The position numbers were made by a program, and so were the translations under genes. The notes beneath the pieces are model-generated. The model saw only the letters and a program-made list of their open reading frames with translations. It was not told the DNA's origin and did no database searches. Shown here piece after piece: positions 18,907-27,036 of a stretch of DNA of 64,000 bases (the first letter of the stretch is position 1; each line of letters begins with the position of its first letter). This stretch comes from Patescibacteria group bacterium (GTDB taxonomy: Bacteria; Patescibacteriota; Gracilibacteria; Peribacterales; Peribacteraceae), in contig JALQTW010000004.1 in NCBI GenBank assembly GCA_023263945.1, positions 3,095 to 67,094 of the forward strand, read 5' to 3'.

Positions 18907-21219
18907 CTATCCACGCTGATACCGCAGCAGTTCCAAAGATGGCACTGTACTCTCTACCCACGTGAATGTGGTTTCTTCGTCACTCCAGATGATGGAGTTT
19001 GATGTGTTGGGATCACCCAATACAGGAACAGAGGTAATGAGAATACTTGGTGCAACAGCAACCTGTGGATTCGTAATATTTGCCTGCAAGACGTAGCGCA
19101 CTTTTTGGCCTTGCTCGACAACATGTTGCATTGGTCCTGCATCAATGTTCGAACACGTGATGGTCATAGTTCCCGTTGGAGCAGAACCAGAACAGGAGAG
19201 TGTGACAGAAGGATTTCCCTCTGCGTACAAACGGGGACTCACGGGATCAATCTGCACATTCTGTGCAAGTACCTGGAATGTAAGCGTTTTGATGATCACA
19301 TCGTTCGAGCCATGGTAGGTATTGAGGTGTGGAGAAGCAGTGAGTTCCAGTGTTCCAAGCGTCGACATGCCAGAAGGAATAACGCCGCCGTCCACTGAAA
19401 GGGAACCTCGCGCAATGGAAGAAATTTTGGCGAGAGCGACTGTCTGAGATTTTCCGCTCAAAGGCGCGTTTGCCCCCGGCGAATTTCTACCAATGAAAAT
19501 TTCTCCTTCCAGTACGTTGTCTCCGTCTGTTTGCCGAAGCTCGTGGGTGGACGTGACACCTCGTGCCTCGACAGCCGGATATCCTGCGGTGCTTGTGGAC
19601 ATGGTGATGGTAAATGATTCGCCACTCACCGCACCAAGACCATCGGACTTAATCTTTGCACGGACAGTGAGTTTCTCTTCTTCATTGCGACGGAGGATCC
19701 AAGTACGCGATGGAAGATCGGCACAGAAACGTGCGCTGGTTGACGTTCCACACTGGCTATTTGTTGCCTGTGCAAAGGCGGTTGAAGAACCGTTTCGATA
19801 CAAATAGAGTGATTCAATACTGGGGCTTCCTCCTTCAAAACGAAGGTCCGTGATATCCAGATCTTCCTGATCTGCAAGAAATGTTGTCTGAAAGACGGGT
19901 TCGGAGAGAGCACTGCCGAGATCTATATGTGATTGCACATTGATATTGTCATTCATCACAAACAGATTTCCTTGATCCGAAACATCGATGGTTCCACTGT
20001 TCTGCGTGACCACGTTCATCCAGCAGATTTGATTCACAGGACAGGTGCCATCCGTCTCAATGCCGGTGAGCGCACGTCCATCTGTTGCTCCTACAGCTTC
20101 AATGTAGTGCGTGGAGGTAACATCAAACCCAAGGCGTAAACTCACATTCGCAATGGTGTTCACAAGATTCGCACGAACTTCAAAAGGAACAAGAACGCCG
20201 TCATGCAGAAGCCCATTTGTTCCAAGTTGATCGAAGACTAATTTGCCTCCATCCGTCCTTCCACTTTCCTGGGCAACTGTTTCATACGTTCCGTTCCCGT
20301 CACGATCCATCGCGAGCGTGTATTGGCTCGCGTATAAGAGAGAACCTACTTCTGGGACAAACGTGATGCTCGTCAGGAGAGCATTTTGTCGGCCCGCCGT
20401 TGCGGTGAATCGGAAGAGCGATACATTGCGCTGTCCGCTTGGGAATGTGCTCACGGTTGCGGCTGCCTGTTGTTGAATGCTGACAATCGCATGACGAACA
20501 GGTTCACTCACAAGAAGGCAGATTGAGGAGCAGCCATCACCGTCTTCCGTATTGCCGTCATCACATTCTTCATTTCCTTCTTTGACTTCATTGCCACACA
20601 TGCCAGAACCCGATGAGACAGAAGATGAGGAAGAAGAATGAGTGATGAGTCCTTCCGGAGCAAGCTTCACAATCAGTTCAGCAATCTCTCCACGCGTCAT
20701 GAGATGAGCAGGGCTTGAAAGGAGATTCGTCAGGACATTTTTGCTACGCGCATACGCGATATATGGTGCATACCATGTGCCTCCTCCTGTTGGAGGAGAA
20801 AGGGGACTGCCGAATGCGAGTGTTGTCATCTTGAGAGCTTCTGCAAAATTGACAGTATTTCCCGGTCGGAATGTTCCATCTGAATATCCACCCACAATGC
20901 CAAAGCCTTTTGCTAGGCACACAGGACGTGCATACCATGGAATAATTTCGACAGGAAAATCATCAAAACACCGAAGATCCGTAGGGACTGCAGCATCGGG
21001 ATAGGCCGTTCCCATAAGCATTTTCATAAGCTCGGCGCGATTCACAGGAGCGTTTGGTTTAAAACTTCCGTCATCATATCCACGAACAATGCCGAGATTT
21101 GCAAGGAGATCAATGCTCGTTTCGTAACGCGTATTTCCTGTATCACTAAAGAGCGCCGCCGAGGCGGATCCAGCAAGTGCAATCACAAAGATCCCTGATG
21201 CCAAGAGAAGCTTTCGCAT
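18907..21219 (-). CDS. SLH-domain cell-envelope (S-layer-type) protein with one DUF4215-like Cys repeat
   Basis: Signal peptide, then three SLH repeats (FSDTGNT...GIVRGYDDGSFKPNAPVNRAEL; GIVGGYSDGTFRPGNTVNFAEAL; ...). Next comes a poly-Ser run, CGNEVKEGNEECDDGNTEDGDGCSSIC (20515-20598), and a long beta-rich region. Confidence 0.7.
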   Translation of the reverse strand: MRKLLLASGIFVIALAGSASAALFSDTGNTRYETSIDLLANLGIVRGYDDGSFKPNAPVNRAELMKMLMGTAYPDAAVPTDLRCFDDFPVEIIPWYARPVCLAKGFGIVGGYSDGTFRPGNTVNFAEALKMTTLAFGSPLSPPTGGGTWYAPYIAYARSKNVLTNLLSSPAHLMTRGEIAELIVKLAPEGLITHSSSSSSVSSGSGMCGNEVKEGNEECDDGNTEDGDGCSSICLLVSEPVRHAIVSIQQQAAATVSTFPSGQRNVSLFRFTATAGRQNALLTSITFVPEVGSLLYASQYTLAMDRDGNGTYETVAQESGRTDGGKLVFDQLGTNGLLHDGVLVPFEVRANLVNTIANVSLRLGFDVTSTHYIEAVGATDGRALTGIETDGTCPVNQICWMNVVTQNSGTIDVSDQGNLFVMNDNINVQSHIDLGSALSEPVFQTTFLADQEDLDITDLRFEGGSPSIESLYLYRNGSSTAFAQATNSQCGTSTSARFCADLPSRTWILRRNEEEKLTVRAKIKSDGLGAVSGESFTITMSTSTAGYPAVEARGVTSTHELRQTDGDNVLEGEIFIGRNSPGANAPLSGKSQTVALAKISSIARGSLSVDGGVIPSGMSTLGTLELTASPHLNTYHGSNDVIIKTLTFQVLAQNVQIDPVSPRLYAEGNPSVTLSCSGSAPTGTMTITCSNIDAGPMQHVVEQGQKVRYVLQANITNPQVAVAPSILITSVPVLGDPNTSNSIIWSDEETTFTWVESTVPSLELLRYQRG

Positions 21220-21228
21220 GAGGAGGGG

Positions 21229-21237
21229 AGTATAGCA
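21229..21237 (-). promoter_or_regulatory. Extended -10 promoter (TGCTATACT)
   Basis: The reverse complement reads TTTTGCTATACT, then CCCCTCCTC (9 nt), then ATG 21219. Confidence 0.4.
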
Positions 21238-21240
21238 AAA

Positions 21241-21275
21241 GAATTGAGAATTGAGAATTTAGAATTGTGAATGAT
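21241..21275. repeat. GAATTGA 7-mer array (5 degenerate copies)
   Basis: GAATTGA GAATTGA GAATTTA GAATTGT GAATGAT. Confidence 0.7.
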
Positions 21276-21278
21276 TCT

Positions 21279-21333
21279 AAAAAAGAGGCACCCGTCCGGA
21301 ACGCTCAGTATGAGCACTCAGTACGGATGCCTC
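21279..21333 (-). terminator. Long hairpin plus T6 on the minus strand (terminator-like) at the end of a 530-nt non-coding spacer
   Basis: The minus strand reads GAGGCATCCGT...ACGGGTGCCTC followed by TTTTTT. The GAGGCA/TGCCTC and CCGT/ACGG stems enclose a GCTCA-GTA-TGAGC hairpin. Confidence 0.4.
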
Positions 21334-21751
21334 CGAATGAAGCAGCGACCGAAAACTACTTCGTCTCCCTACCCACGTTTTTGTGTGAGTGGTAGGTTTG
21401 TGTGTTCACTATATGAACGTGTTTGTGTTTGTATGGATCCCTCTACGAGGGAACTCTTCGGCCTAAGAAGAGCAGGGAGTGAGATGAGGCCAGAAGCCGC
21501 ATGTCGCTCACTGCGAGGGGCAAAGTAATGGGAAAGAACAAATCTCGTCAGTATAAAGGATTTTGGCTTCTAAATCAAGAGGTGCTGGTGTGAGCGATCA
21601 CATGATTTTTAAGGCTTCTTCGGATCATCCGAGCATGATGACAAAGGATTCTTTCGCGAATAAATTCGCGTATTTCGTTGTCCGTTAGCCCCCGATTTAA
21701 ATCGGGGGCTAACTCTAAAAATCATATGACCAAGTGTGATAGGCTTTACCC

Positions 21752-22333
21752 ATGTCCCTTGGAAAACTCGTTCTCCTCATTGGTCCCAGTGGCGTTGGCA
21801 AGAGTGTGATCTTAAAGAAACTCCGCACCAGACATCCTGACTATGTGTTTCCCCGTTCCGCAACCACCCGTCCACGCCGTCCTGGGGAAGGGAATGAACT
21901 CTATCACTTCATTACGGAAGAGGACTTCACACAGTGGATCGACGAAGGAAAGTTTTTAGAATGGGCGCAGGTGCATCATGGTGCTCGGTACGGCACGCTT
22001 CTTTCTGAAATCCTTCCTGCCATCGAAACCGGAAAGACTGTTGTACGTGAAGTGGATGTGCAGGGTTTTGAAAGTATTCGCATTCATCCAGAATTTTCCG
22101 GTGCATCACCAAAGCATCATCTGCAAACTATCTTCATCCTTCCGGAAAATGAAGAGCAGCTCATCACGCGCATCAAAAACCGTGCACCTATTTCTGATGC
22201 TGAATTGAAGAATCGAGTAAGCAGTATGAAACAGGAACTTGCAACAGCGGATCACTGTGATGTTCGTATTCGGAACATTGAAGGAAAATTGAATGTGACG
22301 ATTGCAGATGTGGAAAAAGCGATTGCGAAATAA
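21752..22333 (+). CDS. gmk: Guanylate kinase
   Basis: P-loop GPSGVGKS, TTRPRRPGEGNELYHF and EWAQVHHGARYGT. Confidence 0.85.
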   Translation: MSLGKLVLLIGPSGVGKSVILKKLRTRHPDYVFPRSATTRPRRPGEGNELYHFITEEDFTQWIDEGKFLEWAQVHHGARYGTLLSEILPAIETGKTVVREVDVQGFESIRIHPEFSGASPKHHLQTIFILPENEEQLITRIKNRAPISDAELKNRVSSMKQELATADHCDVRIRNIEGKLNVTIADVEKAIAK

Positions 22334-22361
22334 GTTTCGAGTTTCGAGCTACGAGGCACGA
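22334..22361. repeat. GTTTCGA 7-mer array (4 copies)
   Basis: GTTTCGA GTTTCGA GCTACGA GGCACGA, starting immediately after the gmk stop. Confidence 0.65.
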
Positions 22362-22369
22362 GAAATTGG

Positions 22370-22543
22370 TCATTCTTCCTCATCATTGTCTTCACCGCCG
22401 CCATGCATCCTCTTTCGTTCATCCATGAGCGATTTACCTACGATCGATGCAATCGCTCCGCCAATAATTACGCCGACCACGGCCTTTTTGACCGTGCGCC
22501 GCATGAAGCTCTTCTTCGTCGTAGATGAGAGAGGATTCCACAT
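22370..22543 (-). CDS. Candidate small membrane protein (44-57 aa), below the ORF-track cutoff
   Basis: The hand-translated minus strand gives (MWNPLSSTTKKSF)MRRTVKKAVVGVIIGGAIASIVGKSLMDERKRMHGGGEDNDEEE. It has one TM helix and an acidic tail. TATACT lies 16 nt upstream of ATG 22543. Confidence 0.3.
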   Translation of the reverse strand: MWNPLSSTTKKSFMRRTVKKAVVGVIIGGAIASIVGKSLMDERKRMHGGGEDNDEEE

Positions 22544-22692
22544 AAAGACGATTTGGAACAGTATACAGGAAACAGAGTGGGCCTATTCAGAGACTATTGA
22601 AATACGTACAGAGCGCATCTGCAAGCGGAAAAGGTTGAATTTGATCAAAAATGTTGTTCAATGATATACCTTCTCTATGGCAGGATACGGCC

Positions 22693-23517
22693 ATGGTTCT
22701 TTTAAAAGCGGATCTCACCGGCACTGTTCGTGTGATGGGAATCCTCAATGTGACGCCCGATTCCTACTACGATGGTGGATTGTACGCATCGAATGAGACA
22801 ATGCTTGCACGTGCGAGGGCGATCGTAGAAGAAGGTGGAGATATCATCGATATAGGCGGAGAATCCACGGGCCCCGGCTCGCGCGATGTATCGGAAGAGG
22901 AAGAAATCCAGCGGGTTGTTCCAGTCATCGAACTCATCAAAAAAAATCTTCCTGATGCATTCATTTCCGTGGATACCTACAAAGCAGAGGTTGCACGTAG
23001 AGCGATTGAGGCAGGTGCTTCGATGATCAATGACGTGACTGCAGGAAGGGGAGATGAAGCAATGTTTTCTGTCATCACTCAAACCAAAGTGCCGTACTGC
23101 ATCATGTTTTCCAAAGACAAGACTGCGCGGACAATAAAAAAAGAAACACAGTACAAAAATGTTGTGAAGACGATTGTTTCCTTCTTGAAGGATCGTATGA
23201 GTGCTGCAAAGAAAGCAGGGATCGATCCTACGCACATCATTGTCGATCCGGGACTCGGTCATTTTGTGTCATCTGACCCTTCCTACTCATGGCAGGTGCT
23301 TAAGCATCTGGAATCGTTTGCGGCACTTGCACCGGTGCTTGTGAGCCCCTCACGCAAATCGTTCCTTGCAGGACCTCAGAATCTTCCTCCTTCGGAGCGT
23401 CTTCCCGGAACGCTCATGGCAACGGCTATCGCTCTGGAACACGGCGCATCGATCATCAGAACACATGATGTTAAGGAAACGAAGAGAGTGATTGAAGAAT
23501 GGAAAGAGCGGAGATAG
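22693..23517 (+). CDS. folP: Dihydropteroate synthase
   Basis: MGILNVTPDSYYDGG, DIGGESTGPG, INDVTAG and DPGLGHF. The start may be 22651 or 22693. Confidence 0.85.
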   Translation: MVLLKADLTGTVRVMGILNVTPDSYYDGGLYASNETMLARARAIVEEGGDIIDIGGESTGPGSRDVSEEEEIQRVVPVIELIKKNLPDAFISVDTYKAEVARRAIEAGASMINDVTAGRGDEAMFSVITQTKVPYCIMFSKDKTARTIKKETQYKNVVKTIVSFLKDRMSAAKKAGIDPTHIIVDPGLGHFVSSDPSYSWQVLKHLESFAALAPVLVSPSRKSFLAGPQNLPPSERLPGTLMATAIALEHGASIIRTHDVKETKRVIEEWKERR

Positions 23518-23614
23518 AAATTGTTATATTGCTAAAATAAAAACATGCCCATCGCTTGTGAACAATGTAACAATTATTTCTCGTTATCCTTCTCTTTCTC
23601 TCACCTTTTTATTT

Positions 23615-24442
23615 TTATGCCCCAAACACCTCCAGCACAAATTGAACAAGAGAAAGGCTAAATAAGACGAGGATGAGCCCCACAAGTGCACGAAGAACAA
23701 TGCCTTTGGATCTATCAATATTACCTTCATTCATGAAACTCAAAATGAGAAGGACACCTGCAAAAATGATAACTCCCACCAGCAGGATAGAAAGGAAGGT
23801 GAGGATGAACTGGAAAATAGCAAAGATAAAAATGAGAACAGCATTGGGTGTGCGATCCACAACCAGCACTCTTTCGATTGCCGGAATAGCAACCAGAATG
23901 ATGAGTCCCATGAGTGCATGGAAGAGCGAGCGACGTGCATTGGAATAACTTCCTTCATCACCAAAGCTGGCAATGGCACGCAGGCAGGAGCCAATAATTA
24001 CTCCTACGGCAACAATGACGGCAAAGGCCTCTAGGAATCCTGCAAAACCATTGATTTCATCGTACACTTCCCACGCGTTCACAATAATTCCCGTGCCTAG
24101 AAATGAACTGCTTCCACTCTGGTTGTAGTAGAAGATGCGGATCATGATGGGAGAGAGTTCTGCAAGGACGATACCTGTAAGCACAATGCCGATTCCTGTG
24201 CGGGCTTTTCCCAGCGCACCCTCGTCCGTGCTCATGAGCAGTGTCATAGACAAAATAACCACTGCAACCGATGCAACGGGAAGTAGAAGACCGTTGAAGG
24301 CGGGAATGAGTATATCGATAATGTACTGCGAAATGTTTATAGCTCCTGGAGACACTGTTTGTGCAAAAGCAAGCGTAGGAACCAGGAAGAGCCCCGTAGC
24401 CCCTGAGCGAAGAAGCCAGCGAACAACAGAGAAATTCTTCAT
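23615..24442 (-). CDS. Membrane protein with three tandem VirB2/TrbC-like (T4SS-pilin-like) hairpin repeats
   Basis: Signal LVPTLAFA|Q. Three units follow of [hydrophobic helix]-(M/F)(S/G/N)(T/D/E)(D/E)G...(A/S)(R/K)-[hydrophobic helix], e.g. LLMSTDEGALGKARTGIGIV, ASFGDEGSYSNARRSLFHAL and SFMNEGNIDRSKGIVLRAL. Confidence 0.5.
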   Translation of the reverse strand: MKNFSVVRWLLRSGATGLFLVPTLAFAQTVSPGAINISQYIIDILIPAFNGLLLPVASVAVVILSMTLLMSTDEGALGKARTGIGIVLTGIVLAELSPIMIRIFYYNQSGSSSFLGTGIIVNAWEVYDEINGFAGFLEAFAVIVAVGVIIGSCLRAIASFGDEGSYSNARRSLFHALMGLIILVAIPAIERVLVVDRTPNAVLIFIFAIFQFILTFLSILLVGVIIFAGVLLILSFMNEGNIDRSKGIVLRALVGLILVLFSLSLVQFVLEVFGA

Positions 24443-25269
24443 GGGATTTGAAGTGTATTAATAACGGCTGTCAATATGGCATAGCTAAAGAGTGCGATGA
24501 GGAGAGAAGCGAGCGTTCCAATCACCGTTTGTCGAGCACGATCCTTTAATGATTCATCAATGGAAATAATAAGCATCACACCTGCTGCAAAGAGTGCAAC
24601 AACGGAGAGTGCTCCCATGAAGGCCAGTGCAAAACGAATGACGCCGGCAATTTCAATAACGAGTCCAATCCATCCTGTGTCCGGGAAGAAGACGGCTTGC
24701 ACAATCACCGTGCTGGTCATCATGATCATGATGGCAGCGGCATAGTGCAGAATATTCTTTCGGGCATTTGCAGCGGCAGACTCATCACCACCGGATGTGA
24801 TGAAGCGGTACGCAGCAATAACAAGCATGAGGAGGAGAATCCCTTCAGATGCTTCTACCAGGTATCCACGCAGTTGATGTAACTGAAAGATGAGAGGACC
24901 CGTTTCAAATGGTTGAGGACTGGACGTTCCGGGAGAACCTAAACAGAGTGCTGCACGAATTTGATCACCTGCGGCAAGAACGCCGAATCCAATGAGGGCA
25001 TAGATGAATGATTTTCTTGTTGTGGTGATGGTACTTTCGTCTCCTTCGTTCACAACCATTTTGAACCCGTAGTAGAAGAGGAATCCTGCTGCAACGCCGC
25101 CTAAAATAGTGGCGCCATTTCCTAGCAGAAAGTTATTGATGTATCCAGCTAGACCTGCTGCGCCCGTACCACCCAAGAGAAAGACAGGGCACGCCGCGAA
25201 GGCGAGGCTTGGCATGAGAAGAAGGGTACTGCCCACGGTTGCCAGAAAGGGGGTATGGCGACGCAACAT
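24439..25269 (-). CDS. Paralogous membrane protein with three pilin-like hairpin repeats
   Basis: ATG 25269 (MLRRHTPFLATVGSTLLLMPSLAFA). Repeats include VVNEGDESTITTTRKSFIYAL, ITSGGDESAAANARKNILHYA and ISIDESLKDRARQTVIGTL. The stop overlaps the next start (ATGA). Confidence 0.5.
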   Translation of the reverse strand: MLRRHTPFLATVGSTLLLMPSLAFAACPVFLLGGTGAAGLAGYINNFLLGNGATILGGVAAGFLFYYGFKMVVNEGDESTITTTRKSFIYALIGFGVLAAGDQIRAALCLGSPGTSSPQPFETGPLIFQLHQLRGYLVEASEGILLLMLVIAAYRFITSGGDESAAANARKNILHYAAAIMIMMTSTVIVQAVFFPDTGWIGLVIEIAGVIRFALAFMGALSVVALFAAGVMLIISIDESLKDRARQTVIGTLASLLIALFSYAILTAVINTLQIP

Positions 25270-25278
25270 ATTCCTTTT

Positions 25279-25289
25279 ATTATAGCACA
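25279..25289 (-). promoter_or_regulatory. Extended -10 promoter (TGTGCTATAAT), leaderless
   Basis: The reverse complement reads TTTTTGTGCTATAAT, then AAAAGGAAT (9 nt), then ATG 25269. The same 19-mer core TTTTTGTGCTATAATAAAA recurs at 32232-32250. Confidence 0.55.
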
Positions 25290-25344
25290 AAAACCCGCTT
25301 TTTGAAACTTGCAGAAAGCCTCTCCATCCATACAATACGGATCT

Positions 25345-26040
25345 ATGCCTTTTTCCGCTTCCCCTTCCCAAAGTCGGCCTCTTGCTCTCGATCGTTCCAC
25401 CCTCAGCCAGACGTATGCTCTTTTTGCCCTTGCACTAGGGCTCACGGCGGTTGGTGTATACCTGGGGATGACGTATAGCGAAGTCCTTTTGACCTCTGGT
25501 ATGTCGCTCCTTCTTGTTGTGATCAGTTTTGCTATCATCCTGAGCTCCAGCTGGTGGGCTCATTCCAGTCCTTTGAATTATCTGCTGTTTGCTCTTTTCC
25601 CACTCATCTCTGGTATCACCGTCACACCGTATTTGATCCTTGTCACAACGGGATACACAAATGGTGGTGCCATTCTCTTGAATGCGCTTGTCGCAACAAC
25701 CCTCATGGCAGGGGCATCGGCACTGTTTGCACTCACGACAGGATGGAATTTGGCATTCCTGGGTCGCACGCTTCTCTTTGCATTGCTCGGTTTACTCGCA
25801 GTCATGATTCTGCAGCTCTTCATTCCGGCATTGCGTCTTCCGGAAGTGGAAGTCATCATCTCCGGTGCGGGTGTCATCATCTTCGCACTCTTCACAGCGT
25901 ACGATGTGCAACGTGTGCAACAGCTTGCAGGTTCAGGAGCAAATCCGTTCGTACTCGCGTTATCGTTATATCTCGATATTTTCAATCTCTTCCTCATGAT
26001 TCTGCGCTTTATGACGGCGATCTCGGGGAGGAGGGACTAG
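25345..26040 (+). CDS. BAX inhibitor-1 / YccA family membrane protein
   Basis: Seven hydrophobic helices and the C-terminal family-typical block FALFTAYDVQRVQ. TACAAT lies 8 nt upstream of ATG 25345. Confidence 0.7.
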   Translation: MPFSASPSQSRPLALDRSTLSQTYALFALALGLTAVGVYLGMTYSEVLLTSGMSLLLVVISFAIILSSSWWAHSSPLNYLLFALFPLISGITVTPYLILVTTGYTNGGAILLNALVATTLMAGASALFALTTGWNLAFLGRTLLFALLGLLAVMILQLFIPALRLPEVEVIISGAGVIIFALFTAYDVQRVQQLAGSGANPFVLALSLYLDIFNLFLMILRFMTAISGRRD

Positions 26041-26074
26041 GGATTAGGGACTAGAAACTAGGAATAGGGATTAG
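26034..26074. repeat. GGACTAG/GGATTAG 7-mer array
   Basis: GGACTAG GGATTAG GGACTAG AAACTAG GAATAG GGATTAG. The BI-1 stop TAG (26038-40) is the TAG of the first word. Confidence 0.75.
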
Positions 26075-26139
26075 AAGAAGTTCCAAATCAAAAGAACCTA
26101 AGAACCAAACAATAGAGAAGGAAAAAGCTCTCAATTTGG

Positions 26140-26164
26140 AAACCAATAACCAATCAACTAAAAA
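26140..26164. repeat. AACCAAT/AATCAAC word repeat
   Basis: AAACCAATAACCAATCAACTAAAAA, the same word family as at 11.45, 14.14 and 59.25 kb. Confidence 0.6.
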
Positions 26165-26220
26165 CCCCTCATTCATACCCTTTACATCTCTAAGCTCGCT
26201 CGCTATCCTCTGTCTCCCAC

Positions 26221-26406
26221 ATGTCCAAACGTCCTACCCCGAAAAAACGGCTTAGTAAGGATCGCGGTCGTCGCAGGCATTCTGCGTATGCTCGTGGCGA
26301 AGCACGTCGTCTTGCCGAGTTTGCAAACTCTCCTTTTGCAGGACCAGCACAGAAGAAGGATAGGGGAACGAAGGCGCTTGAGAAGATTACGAAGATTAAG
26401 GCGTAA
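26221..26406 (+). CDS. rpmF: 50S ribosomal protein L32
   Basis: N-terminal MSKRPTPKKRLSKDRGRRRHSAY matches the bL32 signature (PKxRxSKxRxxxRRxH). 61 aa. Confidence 0.7.
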   Translation: MSKRPTPKKRLSKDRGRRRHSAYARGEARRLAEFANSPFAGPAQKKDRGTKALEKITKIKA

Positions 26407-26411
26407 GGCAC

Positions 26412-26502
26412 GAGTTATTAGTTTTTGGTTATTAGTTCTTAGTTTTTTTGGAGTGGATTTTTGAAATGTATCCAAGAACCAAAAACTAAAAACCAATAAC
26501 TC
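26412..26502. repeat. Long imperfect inverted repeat built from TTATTAG/AACCAAT words (stem-loop after rpmF)
   Basis: The left arm GAGTTATTAGTTTTTGGTTATTAGTTCTTAG pairs with the reverse complement of the right arm CCAAGAACCAAAAACTAAAAACCAATAACTC at 26 of 31 positions. Confidence 0.65.
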
Positions 26503-26548
26503 TTTTTAATCCCTTTTGTCCTCCACCCAATCACGTTACTCTACACCC

Positions 26549-26968
26549 ATGCCCAAACGCCGCCATCTCTCGCGTATTGCTGTGATGCAGGTGCTCTTTG
26601 AATGTGAGGCACGTGGGAGGGAAAAAGACGATGAGATGCTCACGCGAAGCATCGCAGAATTGGGAGGAGAAGAAGCGGTAGATGTATCCTTTGCGCAGAC
26701 ACTTTTACTTGGAAGCCGCGATCAGTTTCAGCAGACCATCGACTCCCTTAAGCAGTATGCACCGCAATGGCCACTGGAACGGATGGATCCTGTTTCTCGC
26801 GCTATCCTCATGATGAGCGTGTATGAGCTCCTGTTTGCGAATGATGCACCGCCACCAGTCGTGATGAACGAAGCGATCGACATTGCCAAAGAATACGGAA
26901 ACGCAGAGAGTGGGAAGTTTGTGAATGGGGTGTTGAACGCTATAGCGCATGGTCGAAAAACGGATTAA
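26549..26968 (+). CDS. nusB: Transcription antitermination factor NusB
   Basis: RRHLSRIAVMQVLFE and the C-terminal block PPPVVMNEAIDIAKEYGNAESGKFVNGVLN. ATG 26549 chosen. Confidence 0.8.
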   Translation: MPKRRHLSRIAVMQVLFECEARGREKDDEMLTRSIAELGGEEAVDVSFAQTLLLGSRDQFQQTIDSLKQYAPQWPLERMDPVSRAILMMSVYELLFANDAPPPVVMNEAIDIAKEYGNAESGKFVNGVLNAIAHGRKTD

Positions 26969-26976
26969 TCGTCGAA

Positions 26977-27024
26977 GCGGCGACTCCGGAGTCGCCGCTA
27001 GCAGCGAGCCATGGCTCGCTGCTA
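26977..27024. repeat. Two adjacent perfect GC-rich palindromes (22 nt and 26 nt)
   Basis: GCGGCGACTCC|GGAGTCGCCGC (26977-26998) and TAGCAGCGAGCCA|TGGCTCGCTGCTA (26999-27024), between nusB and rnc. Confidence 0.8.
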
Positions 27025-27036
27025 CGATAGGGGTAC

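Noticed and set aside
21271-21528. 85-aa ORF in the long spacer, and RNase P / tmRNA / SRP RNA identity for the spacer
   Set aside because: The ORF has no start context and an odd composition. I found no GAGGAAAGTCC-type P4 sequence, no tRNA-like TTCGAAT/CCA end and no GGAA/AGCA helix-8 arrangement on either strand. No specific RNA family is therefore claimed.
25270-25371. N-terminal extensions beginning or containing CYNK(R/T/I) (ORF starts at 25371, 32247 and 54079)
   Set aside because: The CYNK peptide is the translation of the promoter TGTGCTATAATAAAA itself. The true starts lie 6-9 nt after the -10 box.
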